A stretch of DNA of 55,809 nt, filler included, from Sphacelaria rigidula (GCA_964200075.2; 5 parts of 5 records of this genome joined end to end with filler, not necessarily neighbours in it); one strand, 5' to 3'. Shown: positions 1-12,392, counted from the whole stretch's first letter. Notes: generated by a model not told the origin, from the sequence alone. Made by a program: numbers and translations.

Positions 1-1026
1 AATCACCAAGCAAGGAGCGTCGTCGTGTGTTCAGCGAGTCGCGTGGTGAGCTGTATCCTGCTTAGATTATTCGGCCCGAAGCGTACTGATTAGTTTGCAT
101 TTAGATGCCAGCCTCCAATGAGCTGCTTCATTTTTCGGTATCGCCACTTCCAGAGACAGCCACGGCTTATACACTGCCTCATGGGTGCCTCACAATATGA
201 ACACCACGTAGTACGATCATCTCCATTGTGCCGAGTTGAAGTTGTCCGATGCCGCACAACATGATCTAGCTCGACTACCATCATGGTTACCGCGAAACAA
301 ACGTAAGCGCGCAAAACAATCGGTCACCTGGTTACCTATTTTACGCAGTGAGAGGCGTGTTTTATAGCGTCATCGCCAACCGACGCCAACCCTATCGGGG
401 GTCCGCCCCTACAAAGTCGGGACGGAGCACGCCGGGTTCTCATCGGACCAGGGGGGGGGAAGGGGGGGTGTTGTTGTATTTGTATATACTCCATACCGGG
501 CTACTGTTTTCATCCACGCGGGCTAACAGAGAGCCTTGACTGCCCCCAAATTTTGCAACTGCGCTTTCGATTGACTCACCACCCCCGTAAAGTACATCAA
601 CAATCAGACTCACTATTTCGCGTCGAGAAGGGTGCGCGGCATAGCAGAAAGACAATAGAATTCGTACCGAGATGGTCTCAAGTAGCCTGAATCTTCCAGG
701 AAAGCCTCCGTCAAGGTCGATATGGACTCAAACAAAGCGCGCATGCAAGTCGGCTTCAAATGGCGTTGTATTTAATACATAGAGTAAACGTCCCTATTTC
801 GGAACAGTACCAATTACGGCACGTTTTTATAATCGTCTACAAGTCCGCGAAATATTCATGGTTTTCCATTCTGTTATTTGCTGCGTGTGCACAAGAGCAC
901 GACGCTTCCTTTGAGCTACTGCACGTGCCTTTTGTATCAGAAAACACCATCCCAGAGCACTCACTGTGAATAAAGGCGTGTGTGTCTTTCCTCAAAATCA
1001 GCTTTTTGGTCGATCGGTTGCAAAGC

Positions 1027-2057
1027 ATGCAGAGAGTAAGAGTGGACCCAGAACGTGCAGCAGAGGCCGTAGAAGCGGTACGCAGCGGTCGCATGACCTT
1101 CCCTGCTACTGCAAAGACCTTTGAAATCTTCGTTGGTTCGCTGCAGAAGCGTGTCAGTGGTATCGTGGGCATGACTGGTAGGGTTGGTCCGGGTACTGTA
1201 CTGTCGAGGTGGGAAGAAAATTCCTTCGAAGATATGCTAAAATTTGCCGCAGTTCGTCAACGGACCTGAATAGAGATGGCCTGAAACAGGCAGCTATGGC
1301 ACTCTAGAGCGACAACCGACCGCTCCCATAGGACCCGACAGTAGGCTCAGGTCGAAAATGGCTCGGCTTGTCGCTCTAGAGTGCCATAGCTGCCTGTTAC
1401 AGGCCATCTCTATTCAGNNNNNNNNNGAGGCACCCGCGGCTAGGTGAGCGCAGCAACCGCATCTACAAGGTCGACAGGGTGGTACGGCTGACAAAGAAGA
1501 TCGCATGCCGGAGTTTTATGCGGCCTGTCAGGACTACGTGGACAAAGAGAAGCGAGCAACCGACCACAGATGGAACACGGATGAGACAGGTGTTTTACCG
1601 TCCGTCAAAAGCCGTTCCGTTCATGTGATACAACGCATATGTCTAGAGCTAGAGCCACGGGCTGTTGCTGTGGCGTGGTGTTTGTCTGCTCTCAATCATG
1701 CTGCGTTCGATTCGGTGCCATTTTCGCCGCATTCCTCGCCGACAAAGCACTTGGCGTTTGCCTGCTCATTGCTGTCTCGGCGTGTTTTGCTGATTGCACT
1801 TACTCTTTACAGAAGGCCTGCCTATACCGTCAGTAGAGGTGTTGCAAGTACCCTGTTTAGAGATTGTGCCAGTACTGTGCGTGCCACCCGATACTCGACG
1901 TACTACTACTCTCTACCGTGCCCCCCCCCCCCCCCCCCCCCCCCCTTACACCCGCCACTTGTGGATATGTTCCCCCAAGGGGTTACCCCGCGAGGGAACA
2001 CGACGGGGGAGGTCACCCAGGGCGTGGAAGGTCATCGCCAAAAAAGATTCAGCGAAG
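1027..2057 (+). mobile_element. Degenerate pogo/Tigger-like (Tc1-mariner superfamily) transposase remnant, probably intron-containing
   Basis: The N-terminus resembles HTH_psq (AAEAVEAVRSGRMTFPATAKTFEI..SLQKRVSG). A CENP-B-like segment follows (GPGTVLSRWEE..; GRKWL; RHPRL), then WNTDETG, the first D of the DDE/DDD domain. A putative GT-AG intron at 1590-1979 joins DETG to VTPRG...KVIAKK. Stops, frameshifts and a 10-N gap are present. Confidence 0.75.
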
Positions 2058-2119
2058 TTTTCGCTGCTTGGCTTGCTCTGTTTCATGCTCGTTGCTGTCT
2101 GCGAGCCACGTCTGTCGTT

Positions 2120-3170
2120 CTTGTAGTCATTATCGATTTTGGCGAGAATTTTGTGTGTGGGGCGGGGGAGGGGGGGGCGGGGGGGCAGAAAATGTTAACG
2201 GTCACATCCGTCGAACACCAAACTTTTGCGACAATTATGTCGAAACTAACCCTACTGGGTTGGGTAGCTCTGAACAAACAGAAATCATAGAGCTCTGCGA
2301 ACGTGTTCGTCGAATTCGGCGTTGCCAAACATGGAGAAGACTGCTCAAATTTGTTCCGAAAATCCGGGGATAGGCCAATTTAATCCCCGAATTGCCTCTT
2401 TTTCCCTGTTTGGTGCCAGAAAGTGATGCATTGTGAGGCATTGTGATGCATTGCGATGCGTAAAGGTTTGTGCCAGAGGACAATATCTGGAACGTCCTAG
2501 CTCTAGGTGTTCCATTTTCGCAGCATTGTCAACTTCTGGTGATCAGGGGGCATCACTCAACGTGCGTCATAGTACCTTAATCGTAACGCATGAACACCAA
2601 ATTCTGGGAGATTACTGTCAAAGCGTATCTCGATGGGTTAATAGAGCAGAAAAAGAAAAAAACGTTTTCGTCGAGTACGGCGTTGCCAAACACATAATTA
2701 ATGGCGAAATTTGTTCCGAAAACTAGGGAATAGGCCATTTTCATCCCCGCATTTTGTTTTTGCAAAACCGATCGCACTAGTGTCATACACATTTGTACCA
2801 AAAGTGAAGGCCTGAAACGTCCCAGGTGTTCCATTTTCGTAGTCATTATCGATTTCTGGTGGAACATGAATGATTAGGGGGCACCACTCAACGTGAATGA
2901 TAGAGTACCTTAATCAAAAACGATGAACACCAAGTTTGGGAGATTACTATCAAAACGTATTTCAATGGGTTGAAAAAGAAAAAAAAGGAAAACAATAGTT
3001 TTCGTCGAGTACGGCGTTGTCAAACACCGACTTAATGGCGAAATTTCCCCCGAAAAACAGGGGATGGGCGGTTTTCATCCCCGGATTACATTTTTCCTTT
3101 TTTTGTTTCGAAAACGGACCGTACTAACCTCATGAACATTTGTACCAAAGGAGAAGAAGGTCTGAGACGT
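2120..3170. repeat. Three diverged tandem copies of a unit of about 320-380 bp
   Basis: Motifs gtgttccattttcg, gaacaccaaa, ttcgtcgagtacggcgttgccaaaca, aaatttgttccgaaaa and catttgtaccaaa recur in the same order at about 2120-2500, 2505-2824 and 2825-3170. Confidence 0.8.
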
Positions 3171-4004
3171 CTGAGATCGTGAGAAATCAACTATTGCGCA
3201 AAGTGTACCGTCATTGAAACAGAGGGTGTTTTGGCCGCATTTTTACGTCAATAGAGCCATACTCCACATCTACTCCTGCAACTTGGTTTGATTATTTTTC
3301 AATTTTTTGAAACGCTTGGGTGATAGAAGAATAACTCGATATCCATGACTCAGAAGACCAATTTTCCATTCGATTACCCTCTGAGGGCACACATAGAACC
3401 ACCATATGACCCGCCAGTTTTGTCTGCCCGCTTGCATTGAGAATCTGGACCAACCAGATCATAATTGTTAGTTTTTACCTTTAGATTGGCCCAGGTCTTT
3501 GTAATGTATGTCGACATGCATTTATGCTATAATTTGAAGATGCGTGTGGGTGACCATAGCGTAAAGCTTGTATCCAGCAGGATCGCTGCATGTGATGAAA
3601 AAATAGTGACGTCAGTCTACATAAGTACGCCCGACCACACCCTCCTGTTGGCTACTTGGCCACATTTGCTCAAACCAATGACGATGGCGTCAAACGTATG
3701 CCCATTGTCTCAGTGGAGACCAGTCTCATACTTCTTTTTATCAAGTGATCCATGAAAGACAGTATAGCGGCTAGTCGTTTTGCATGGGGCACATGGTTCG
3801 TGAGATTCCCAGATTCGGAGTCAAACTCACCTCCGTAATAATTGATCAGATTTCGCCGAGAGAAGCGGCAACTTACTCCCTCAGCGACCAATGCGCGAAC
3901 AGCCATGTGTGAAGACGGCTGACTCTATCATGTACGTTTCTCGGAAGCCCGCCGGGCGTAGGGTATTTTACACCTCCTTCTCATTTTTTACCATACTTTC
4001 ACCC

Positions 4005-4306
4005 CACCCCCCCCTCTCGGGACTGGTCCGTCGTCTCGGTCTCGAGTGATCTGCCCATCTATCCCATCTCTCAGCCCACACACGCCTGTACTTTTGGCAT
4101 CGCGGATTGGATCATGACTGGCACTCCCGCATGGTGTCGACTCTCGTCAGATTCTCTCTGCTATTCATGCCCTCACGATTTCAACAGTGGAAATCAAGTA
4201 TTCCTGAGCAAACCCCCGCACAGACATGTGCCTGTCGGAAATCGAACTCCGGACTCCGCCCTATCCGATGTAAAGATACACCAGGTAAAACACCGGGGCG
4301 TGTTGG
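4005..4306 (-). mobile_element. tRNA-derived SINE-like repeat (family A)
   Basis: On the minus strand: head cgccccggtg, B-box-like gagttcgatttcc, and a core gcgggagtgc..tgatccaatccgcg shared with the copies at 11.6-12.4 kb and 50.3 kb. Confidence 0.6.
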
Positions 4307-4549
4307 ATATTTTCAGGATTTCAGGATGCTTTGATCCGTTCTGTTTCATTACCCCACTGGGTCACGCACAGCACAGCACGGTACAGCACAACAACAGTGC
4401 AGCATGTTGTACAAAAGATGATCTGCCAGTACGTGTAAAACGATACGTACATCACAACTATCTATACGTCAAGTACTAGAACACGCTGCCCCTCAGTATT
4501 CTGCTGCGGTGCCAATCTTCATGTGCCTCCCCTCCCCCCTCCCCCACCC

Positions 4550-5400
4550 TCAACTCACTTGAAACAAACAGAAATATGAAAAAATTGCGATGGCAATATA
4601 GCGTAAAGAACATCCAGAGAAAGAGATTGCCAGCTATAGTTGATAGGGCTGTATGGAAGAAAAGTACGAAAGAGCGTGCCATAACGTGGGATAGAGAAGT
4701 CGAGAAAGTGTGGAATGAGATAGGAGGAAACCAAGACGAAATACTGTCCATCGGTGAAGACGCGGGGTACAAGACAAAAGTAAGAGATATGATAGAAATA
4801 AGGGGAAAAGGAGCGCTCAGACGGATGGTTGAGAGAAGGGATCGGAATTAAAGCAAATTTGCATGGCCCCATGGATGCGGTGAAAAATATGAAATTGCGA
4901 TTTTCTGTGGGGGACCTCGACCTACCAGAAAGGAGGAAGAGATATACCAGTCGTCATGTGGAGGAGGAAGTAGATGAACAGAACTGCCTATGTGGCAAGG
5001 GAATAGAGAGCAGAGGTCATACAGTGGCAGAATGTGAGCTATATGAGGCGGAACGGGACGTGCTAGAGGGGGAAATGCGGGACATGAACGAACGTGACAT
5101 GAAATCGTTTGATGCATTAGGCAGTAGGGAGGAAACGATGGCTATTCTAGGAGATAGATGGTGGCCAGGGACGGCGAAACAGGACGGGGATGGGATATGT
5201 AAAATGTTTGTGTGTAATGTATGGAAGAAACGTAATGAACTGAGGAAGAAACGTAATGAACTGTGGAAGAAACGTAATGAGCGCCGGAATGATGAAAGTG
5301 TCTCTATTAGGAGTAGGAACGGTACTCCGTCTCGAAAGGGATGAGTGGTCAATGGTCAAACGATTAAGGCCAGCAACAAATGAGTACACCCCCCTCCTCA
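4550..5400 (+). mobile_element. 3' fragment of a non-LTR retrotransposon (LINE family B), frameshifted
   Basis: ORFs 4576-4851 and 4829-5344 encode KLRF.VGDLDLPERRKRY and a C-terminal zinc knuckle CLCGKGIESRGHTVAEC. They are homologous to the RT-bearing copy at 47645-49432. Confidence 0.85.
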
Positions 5401-8255
5401 GCAAGTGGAATTAGCGGTACCAGACACAAAGCAACGCATTGTAGGCTGTCATCCATATGCAAGATAATCAGTACGCTTCGGGCTAAAACATCTTAGCAGG
5501 ATGCAGCACTGGATCGGCAACCGATGGGGCCACCAAGGACCGCTTTAATGCCGGAGAGAAAATACGTGGTCGAATGATGTTGACGTGCAATGAATGGGGA
5601 TCAATTTTGTATCTATGCTCCCATGCAACACTGACTATCGCGGGCGCTGTGTCGGTACTCAAGTGTACAGTCCGGAATCTTGGATCAAGTGTGGAACGCA
5701 CGCAGGCTCCCTAGGGTCTAGCATGGTCTCTCCTGGAACCGCATCAGCTACAGAAAGCTGCCCGATAGATGGGGGCAACGCCTAGGTGTAATTCGATTGC
5801 GGGAACGGAGTTGTTGAACTCCAGCAACGCCAGGATCGTGCTCTCCACACATGCCGCTTTTCAATGGAAACTTTGACCGAGGGGTACTTTTCGCTATACA
5901 AAATAGGGAAAGCAGTCGCTTCGAATGTCCCCAACCGTGTGTCCGGATAAAAATTATACAGTGGCACCAGGTGGCATGCAGTTTTCGTGCGTTTTTCTGT
6001 TCGGCACTTCCCGTGGTGTCGACATACCCGCCAACGACCACCTCGAACAGATTTTTTGTTTACTTGTAGATCATGGATGCTGAAGGGTTAGCCCTTTGAC
6101 TGTGAGCTTCGGCTCAGAACAGTATCGCCGGCTGATAATTTAGTCCCGGTCTTCAGAGGCGATAGGGCGTGCTTATTATTTTGGTGGGGGGTGTGGGTTT
6201 CCAGCTCAGCCGAAGTGCTCCCCAGACCAAACAGACGTGCTGACAGGAAGTAACTCAATAAGTGACATGCCCATGGGGAGAGCGTATTTTTTTGTTCGTT
6301 TTAATCGACCAAATGGTTCACTATGTTTCTCATAACTTCCGGTCAGGCTGTATTTGACCAAACCTGTAGCAACAACTGGGAAGTTCAATGCACAAAAAAT
6401 TGAAAGCGCTTTTTGCTCCCTGCGCAGTCGTCCCCGCCTATTTGCCCCCTCTTGTCTTGTCAGGATATCTGTACATTCATGTAGAACACTATTCATAGAT
6501 AGAAATGGCGTAGACTATCTGTGTGCGTTAGAGAACGATGATACACTGTTTTTTTGGTATTGTACGCGGAGTCTGATGACAACAGTCTGAAGTCAGGTTG
6601 TATGCTTCAGCGGCAGTATAAGACAGCGCAGTTGACACGACGTGGCATGCATCAAAGCATGAAATATGCTCGAGGTTTGCTGGTACAACCTCATGAAAAA
6701 GAAGAGCGCAAGGACACAGGTTGAGATAGTATAGGCTGCGTAAATCTCAGCAGGAGCGGTAATAAGCGTGCACCACGCGTAAAACAGCGAAAATATACGA
6801 GTGGCTTAGCTCAAAATCGGTGAGGGTTTCTCCTGGACTACAGCGATGGATACGTGTTAAGGTGACATCTAATAAGATGAGACAGCCACTAAGATGGGCG
6901 TGTTCGGTTTGTCACAACATTTTCCCCAGTAAGAAGGATTCTGTTGTCATTCATCACCATCCGCCTTATTGAGAACTCTCGCAAACAAGGCGAGTTTCTC
7001 TTTCTGTATCCGCCATCCCCACCTCGTCCCACCGACAGCACAGTGCACTAGAGTAGAGTTGAGTACAGTACAGTGTACTACGGTATAATACGGTATGCGG
7101 AAACTCGCAGTCAGACCGCGCCCACCTTAACTCAGGTCAAGGCCAGACGACGAATAAGGCGGGCGTTTTTGGCTGGTCACTATGCCATGCCTCTTTGACA
7201 AGGGCCTATCACTGTACGTAATTTGCGCAGGTTCACAATCTACCGGGCTAGGCGTGCTTTTTCACGTAAACTATCGTAGGCAATACCAAGTCTACTGAGC
7301 GGGGTTGTAATCAAGAGGGCTACTGCACGCCATGATATTTGCCTAATATTCGCACCGGAACGCCGCTGCTAGGTGGTGGTCCGTCTTGATGAAGTGTAGA
7401 ACTGGCATTGACGGTTCAAACTCTCGAACCACACATTTTCGTCGGGGTTTTTCAAAGTGCGGATTGATTTTGTTTTGAAAATGAGCCTTGGAAACCTTCA
7501 TAGGGACCGTAAAGTTTCGAAGAAATAATGCGAAGTCACTCTCCGGTCATGATATATGGCCTCGTTCATCCTCGGGAAAAAACATCCATAAGTTGTAAAA
7601 TCCCACGTTTCCCCGTAGACTGCAAACCCCTTATCAGATGGACTCAGATGAACTATGCTATATTTGGGGTTTAGAGAGGCTGTTTCTTCACTACACAAAA
7701 CACCATTTTGCATGAACATGGGGAAGTTGAGCATATACACTCAAACTAGTACAGGAGGACCCCTGACCGGCTTCTACCCTGCAGTCAAGTGAGTGCAGAG
7801 TCAGTATGTGTGTTGTATCTCTTCGCTGGATACAACGACACAGAACAGTGAGCTTACCATCGCTCTGCACTGAACATTGTCTACTGCACGCTGCTGATGT
7901 TTTTGATTAGTGTTCCAAAACAACACTACAGACAGTGTGAAGGTCTTCTAGTAACACAAGGGGGGTCAGGAAGGCGGCAAAGACCACAAGTAGACTAGCA
8001 AGCACGTTTATGTCGATATTGCTTAGGGTGAAAGGTCATGACCAAAACGGAAAATGCGACTAGACTGCGAGGTAGTCTATCTATAGTCCATCTGGGGTGT
8101 GGCATACTGACCATGGTCACTCCGCTCCTCTCGGATCTCGCTCCTGGCTTAGATTTTTCCGTGGGAAACTTCTCAATACACACGGTTGACATTGTGAGCT
8201 TTTCGACTGTTCTGCAAACAACCTCCCACCTCCCCCGCCTCCAGGAAACTCCCAT

Positions 8256-8570
8256 GACGTGAACAAAGGTGGCACGTAATCGTTTGATGCATTAAGCAGT
8301 AGGGCAAGAACGATGGCTATGCTAGGAGATAGATGGTGGCCACAGGTGGCGAAACAGGACGAGGATAAGATATGTAAAAGGTTTCTGTGCAATGTATGGA
8401 AGAAACTTACTGAGCATCGAGATGTTAGATGTGTCTCTATTAAGAGTAGCAACGGTGCTCCGTTTCGAGAGGGATGCATAGTCAATGGTCAAACGACTAA
8501 GGCAATCAACAATTGAGTACGCCCCTTGGAACCCCTGGATGTCCCTGGACTGGTAGCCGGTGAAACTGTC
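8256..8570 (+). mobile_element. Short 3' fragment of LINE family B
   Basis: MAMLGDRWWPQVAKQD..CKRFLCNVWKK and the 3' UTR are near-identical to 5090-5395. Confidence 0.85.
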
Positions 8571-8659
8571 CCGCCGTCCAAGGGTTATCAGAGGGATTAT
8601 GGAAATTAAGCACAATCTTTGTACGGGAATGAGAGGAGGTCGAACTTGTCCGGTATAAA

Positions 8660-8828
8660 TACAGGATTTTACAAATTGCGGATGGATTTCTTCTAGGGGA
8701 TGAGCGGAGCCGCACATCACGGCCGGAGAATGTACTTGCATTTTTTCCCGTAAATATTTCGATGGTTATGACGGTTCCCAAGGCTCATCTTAAAAAAACG
8801 GTCCCCCCACAGTTGGTAAAATCCCGTG
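8660..8828. mobile_element. MITE with CACGGGATTTTACAAATT-type termini (family C)
   Basis: Left end tacaggattttacaaatt and right end gtaaaatcccgtg. The interior matches 47400-47565. Confidence 0.65.
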
Positions 8829-9210
8829 GTATATAGCGTGCTATCGATCGCACATACCAAAGACATATCGCTCTATTTGACCACCTCGGGGTGCCTTGTT
8901 GCGGCCATTATACTATAGTAGGAAGATTGTGCAAGTCGGGAGAGCTTCGGAAGCGCTGTGCACCTCTTTCCGGGGTTTTCTGTATATTCCGCGTCTGAGA
9001 GGTGCCCAAATTCTCCCTTTCAGCTGGCTGCTAGAAATGACCTCAAAACATGTATTACGTGCTTGGTTCTGCAACACACAACGCCAAACAGAGCGAGGAC
9101 AAGAAGAAATCCAGAACAGTACAGTAAATGACTACATCACCTTATCCCAGGCGACATAGCCCAAGTCAGCATTCTCAACGTTGCCTGCTGTCTCTTAAAG
9201 GAGACTTGTA

Positions 9211-9600
9211 CTACATGCACCCCGCAAGTTCTTTGCTTTTGAAACTACAGAAAGCCGAATTGGAGACATCGAGATCGTTATATCCGCGTACAACACGTGT
9301 ATGTAGGAGGGAAAATGGCAAGTACCAGCGCGGCGGCGCGGTGCGACGCCGTCTTGTAATCGGACCAGAGCATACCGCTAGCCTCCTCTTATAGGTCTTG
9401 TTGATAACGACTAAGTCACGGTCGACAATAGAGAAGCCTACCTCGATATGGCGCATCCACTCGCGGTTAAGTCTTCGCATGTAGTGGGCGTACATCTGGT
9501 TCTCGTCGAGGATGACAATTTTCGGAATACCGCTCGCCGAAGACTTGCCTCGCGAGGCTCCAGGCACGCGCACACCGCTATCAACAGTGTCGGGCGCCAT
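9211..9600 (-). CDS. Unidentified coding-like segment (exon or pseudogene)
   Basis: Open frame MAPDTVDSG...KIVILDENQMYAHYMRRLNREWMRHIE... with protein-like composition and a possible donor GAG|GTAGGC near 9441. No domain recognised. Confidence 0.3.
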   Translation of the reverse strand: MAPDTVDSGVRVPGASRGKSSASGIPKIVILDENQMYAHYMRRLNREWMRHIEVGFSIVDRDLVVINKTYKRRLAVCSGPITRRRRTAPPRWYLPFSLLHTRVVRGYNDLDVSNSAFCSFKSKELAGCM

Positions 9601-10907
9601 CTGAGCTTCAACAGGCGAGGCGTGGGAGGAAGCTGTATTCCCTTGTAAGCTACTGCCAGTCGGCTTCAGTAGGGATGATGAAACTAGCTTAGGTAAACAT
9701 GGATGGCGATGCGCGTTGGCGAAACGTGGGGTGCTATGTTTGTTTTCTTGCCATCGAGGGGCAGGAGGACACAGCTGTACGGGCTGCACCTGTACCGCAA
9801 CACCAGCAGGAGCACCCCCCAAACAAAAAGGAGCACTAACTACACCCAGCGGGTCCTCCTCGATCCAAGTCGAACCCGACGAAAATCGCTTAGCACCGCC
9901 ATTCGGGAGCCCGATGCTATAATTCTACTGCACAGGACGTTGTGCTCATCATTGGTGCACGGCCCACCGCGTTCGTCCCCCGGTTCCCCACAAGCCTAAG
10001 CCGAACCGTCCGTAATCGTCCCGCAGTTGATGTTATTTTCGGCGTTTCGTCTCGTCGTGAACATAGCGAAACGCAACAAAGAGCATGACCGCAGGCGATG
10101 GACATACTGCCCCCCTTCTGGGAGGAATATTTATTCATATTTTCCATCTTCGATTCCCTCGATATTATTTCAGGTACAGGACGAAAATGGGACCCTTGCC
10201 GTTGGGTTAATCCCGTTGAGATCTGCGAGAAAAATAATCCTATGGAGCAGCGCAATGTTTTGCCTGTCGACAACGAGGTTGAATAACTAATCACCAAGGG
10301 GGGTGCTATAAAAATAATAGGATGATACCAGATCTAAGTTGCGACAGGGACTCAAGTGACACCCAAGCCGGGTTGCGGTTTGAGTATCTGTCAACGTTCG
10401 TCCCATGAGCGTCATATGGACACGAAAACACCTGGAATACAGTCACGCAGTCCCTAGACACTGTTCAAGCCATCTCACGGTGCAAACGGCTTCGTAGCGG
10501 ACGAGAACACGCTCACTACAAATACGTATTATTGCCAAGAAATACCGCACCCAGCGTGGATGAACAGGAGCTAAATTGTTCCAAGCCTGGCATCACGCGG
10601 ACATGGCGACAGCAGCGGTATCTCGTAGGAATGCAGCTACATGATTACGATTATGGCTGCGGGAGCACTCTGTACGTGTGCATGCTTTCGATAACGACAG
10701 CTTGTAGACGAGGAGGAGTACAACACCTCCGCAAGCAGGTGGCCGCTGGCGCTTGTTGCTCACCTGGTTCGGATTGTACCTCATAAACCGTCATAATCAT
10801 AAAACGCCGTGTCCTGGGACTGGTGTAACGAACCTGATACCCGCTGCATGTACATTGCCCACTTCCCGAGTAAGCTGGCAACATTACGTAAAAGGTGCGA
10901 ATAACGT

Positions 10908-11084
10908 GTACAGATAAGTTGGATGTGATCCTCAGAGATTCGCGCCTAGACACTAGGATCAAGCGATGTATGCTGATGAACGTCATCGTACCAAAGCTGG
11001 AATATGCAGGAGAAGTATGAGAGGTGAACGCGAAGTTGGTGGAGAGGTTAGAAACAGTATAGGTGGCAGCAGGTAAGAAAATAC
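10908..11084 (+). mobile_element. Internal fragment of LINE family B, cut by the scaffold end
   Basis: Translates to MNVIVPKLEYAGEV*EVNAKLVERLETV, homologous to MNVTVPKLEYTGEVWEGNVKLTKKLENV at 48922-48839 (minus). Confidence 0.8.
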
Positions 11085-11184
11085 NNNNNNNNNNNNNNNN
11101 NNNNNNNNNNNNNNNNNNNNNNNNNNNNTTAATTAATTAANNNNNNNNNNNNNNNNNNNNNNNNNNNNNNNNNNNNNNNNNNNN
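11085..11184. other. Artificial scaffold linker N44-TTAATTAATTAA-N44
   Basis: A six-frame stop spacer embedded in Ns, identical at four positions. Confidence 0.97.
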
Positions 11185-11611
11185 TTGAACCTCATCTCGA
11201 AGTTAAACCTCAATTCGCACAATTTGTTGTTAACTACTGTTTGTGCGTTGTTTCACCACCCACATCATTAATAGTACGAAACACTTCTCATGTAACTTCT
11301 ACATGAAACAGTTCCATCATGGGTACGACATGATTTCAGAACGACGACTGTACGCTGTTGCATACGAGTAGAATGTTCGCTTGATTCGTGAAAATGAACG
11401 AAAAATTACACTACCCCCATAGTTGCGCATTTCTAAGATAATGCCTGACGAAATAGTAACATGTAGGAAGAGAGCGAGGGTTAATCATGTGTTGTTTGCA
11501 GATGGTAAGGCGGTCACAGTGCTGCTTGGTGATTTACCTGGTTCATCTTTACCGGAGGCGGGCTAGGGTGGAAGGCTGAGCGTTCGAATTCCGGGAGATG
11601 CTGTCCTCCCC

Positions 11612-11877
11612 TTCTGTAACATTTCTCCTTCCTGGGGACGAGTCCATGATCTCAAGGAATAAACCAACCCGCCTCTCTCTCCCCCGGTGGACGATTTCTA
11701 TCTTGGTATCGTGGATTGGATCAGTAATTTCGCACCGCACCGCGTCTACAGTCGTCCTGCCGTCTGACAAACTCAGCCAAACAAACTCTTTCTGCTACTA
11801 GACACATCTAGCGGGAATAGAGCCCGCGCTTCTTCCGCCCTAACGGAGACAACATTAGACCACTGGGGCGCGGCGGC
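11612..11877 (-). mobile_element. tRNA-derived SINE-like repeat (family A)
   Basis: On the minus strand: ccgccgcgccccagtggtctaatg (A-box-like), core ctgatccaatccacg, and tail ccttgagatcatggactcgtccc. Confidence 0.65.
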
Positions 11878-11879
11878 CT

Positions 11880-12392
11880 GAGAATTTAACTTCCGCTCTT
11901 CGAACGGTGAGGACGTGAAAAGCAGGAAAACACTGACGAAAATTGACGCGGTGAGGGAGTGCTGATCCAATCCGCGTTACCGAAATGTCAGGCATGCACC
12001 GGGGGGGGAGGTTGGAGACGACGGACTCGGCTCGATGAGAGGGGGGAACAAAAGTACAACGAAAAAGACAAAATTACGGCCGGGTAACAACCGCTGCGTC
12101 TCGGTGGTCTGATGGGTACAATTGACACCACTAGGTCGAACAAAATGTGGGTTAAATTCCCGTCAGATGCGTTTTATTGAGTTTTTTTCTGCGAAGCAGC
12201 CGGTTCCTGCGGTGAAAGCGTGAGGACGTGAATAGCGGAAACATTGTTTTTACTCAGTTCGGCAAGAGGCGGCGAGGTGCGGGAGTGCTGATCCAATCCG
12301 CGGTGCCGAGACGTAAGACGTGTACCGGGGTGGAAAGGAGTTGACCCCTTCAGACCATAGACTCGTCCAGCGGAAGGGCAGGGGTTGAAGTG
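11880..12392 (+). mobile_element. One partial (about 11880-12035) and one near-complete (about 12090-12392) SINE family A copy
   Basis: gtgaggacgtgaa..gggagtgctgatccaatccgcg occurs twice. The second copy has A-box-like tggtctgatgg and B-box-like ggttaaattcc. Confidence 0.65.

Noticed and set aside
11129..11140. TTAATTAATTAA recurring about every 11.18 kb as a biological periodic motif
   Set aside because: It is a synthetic six-frame stop linker within Ns, and the periodicity reflects size-sorted scaffolds.
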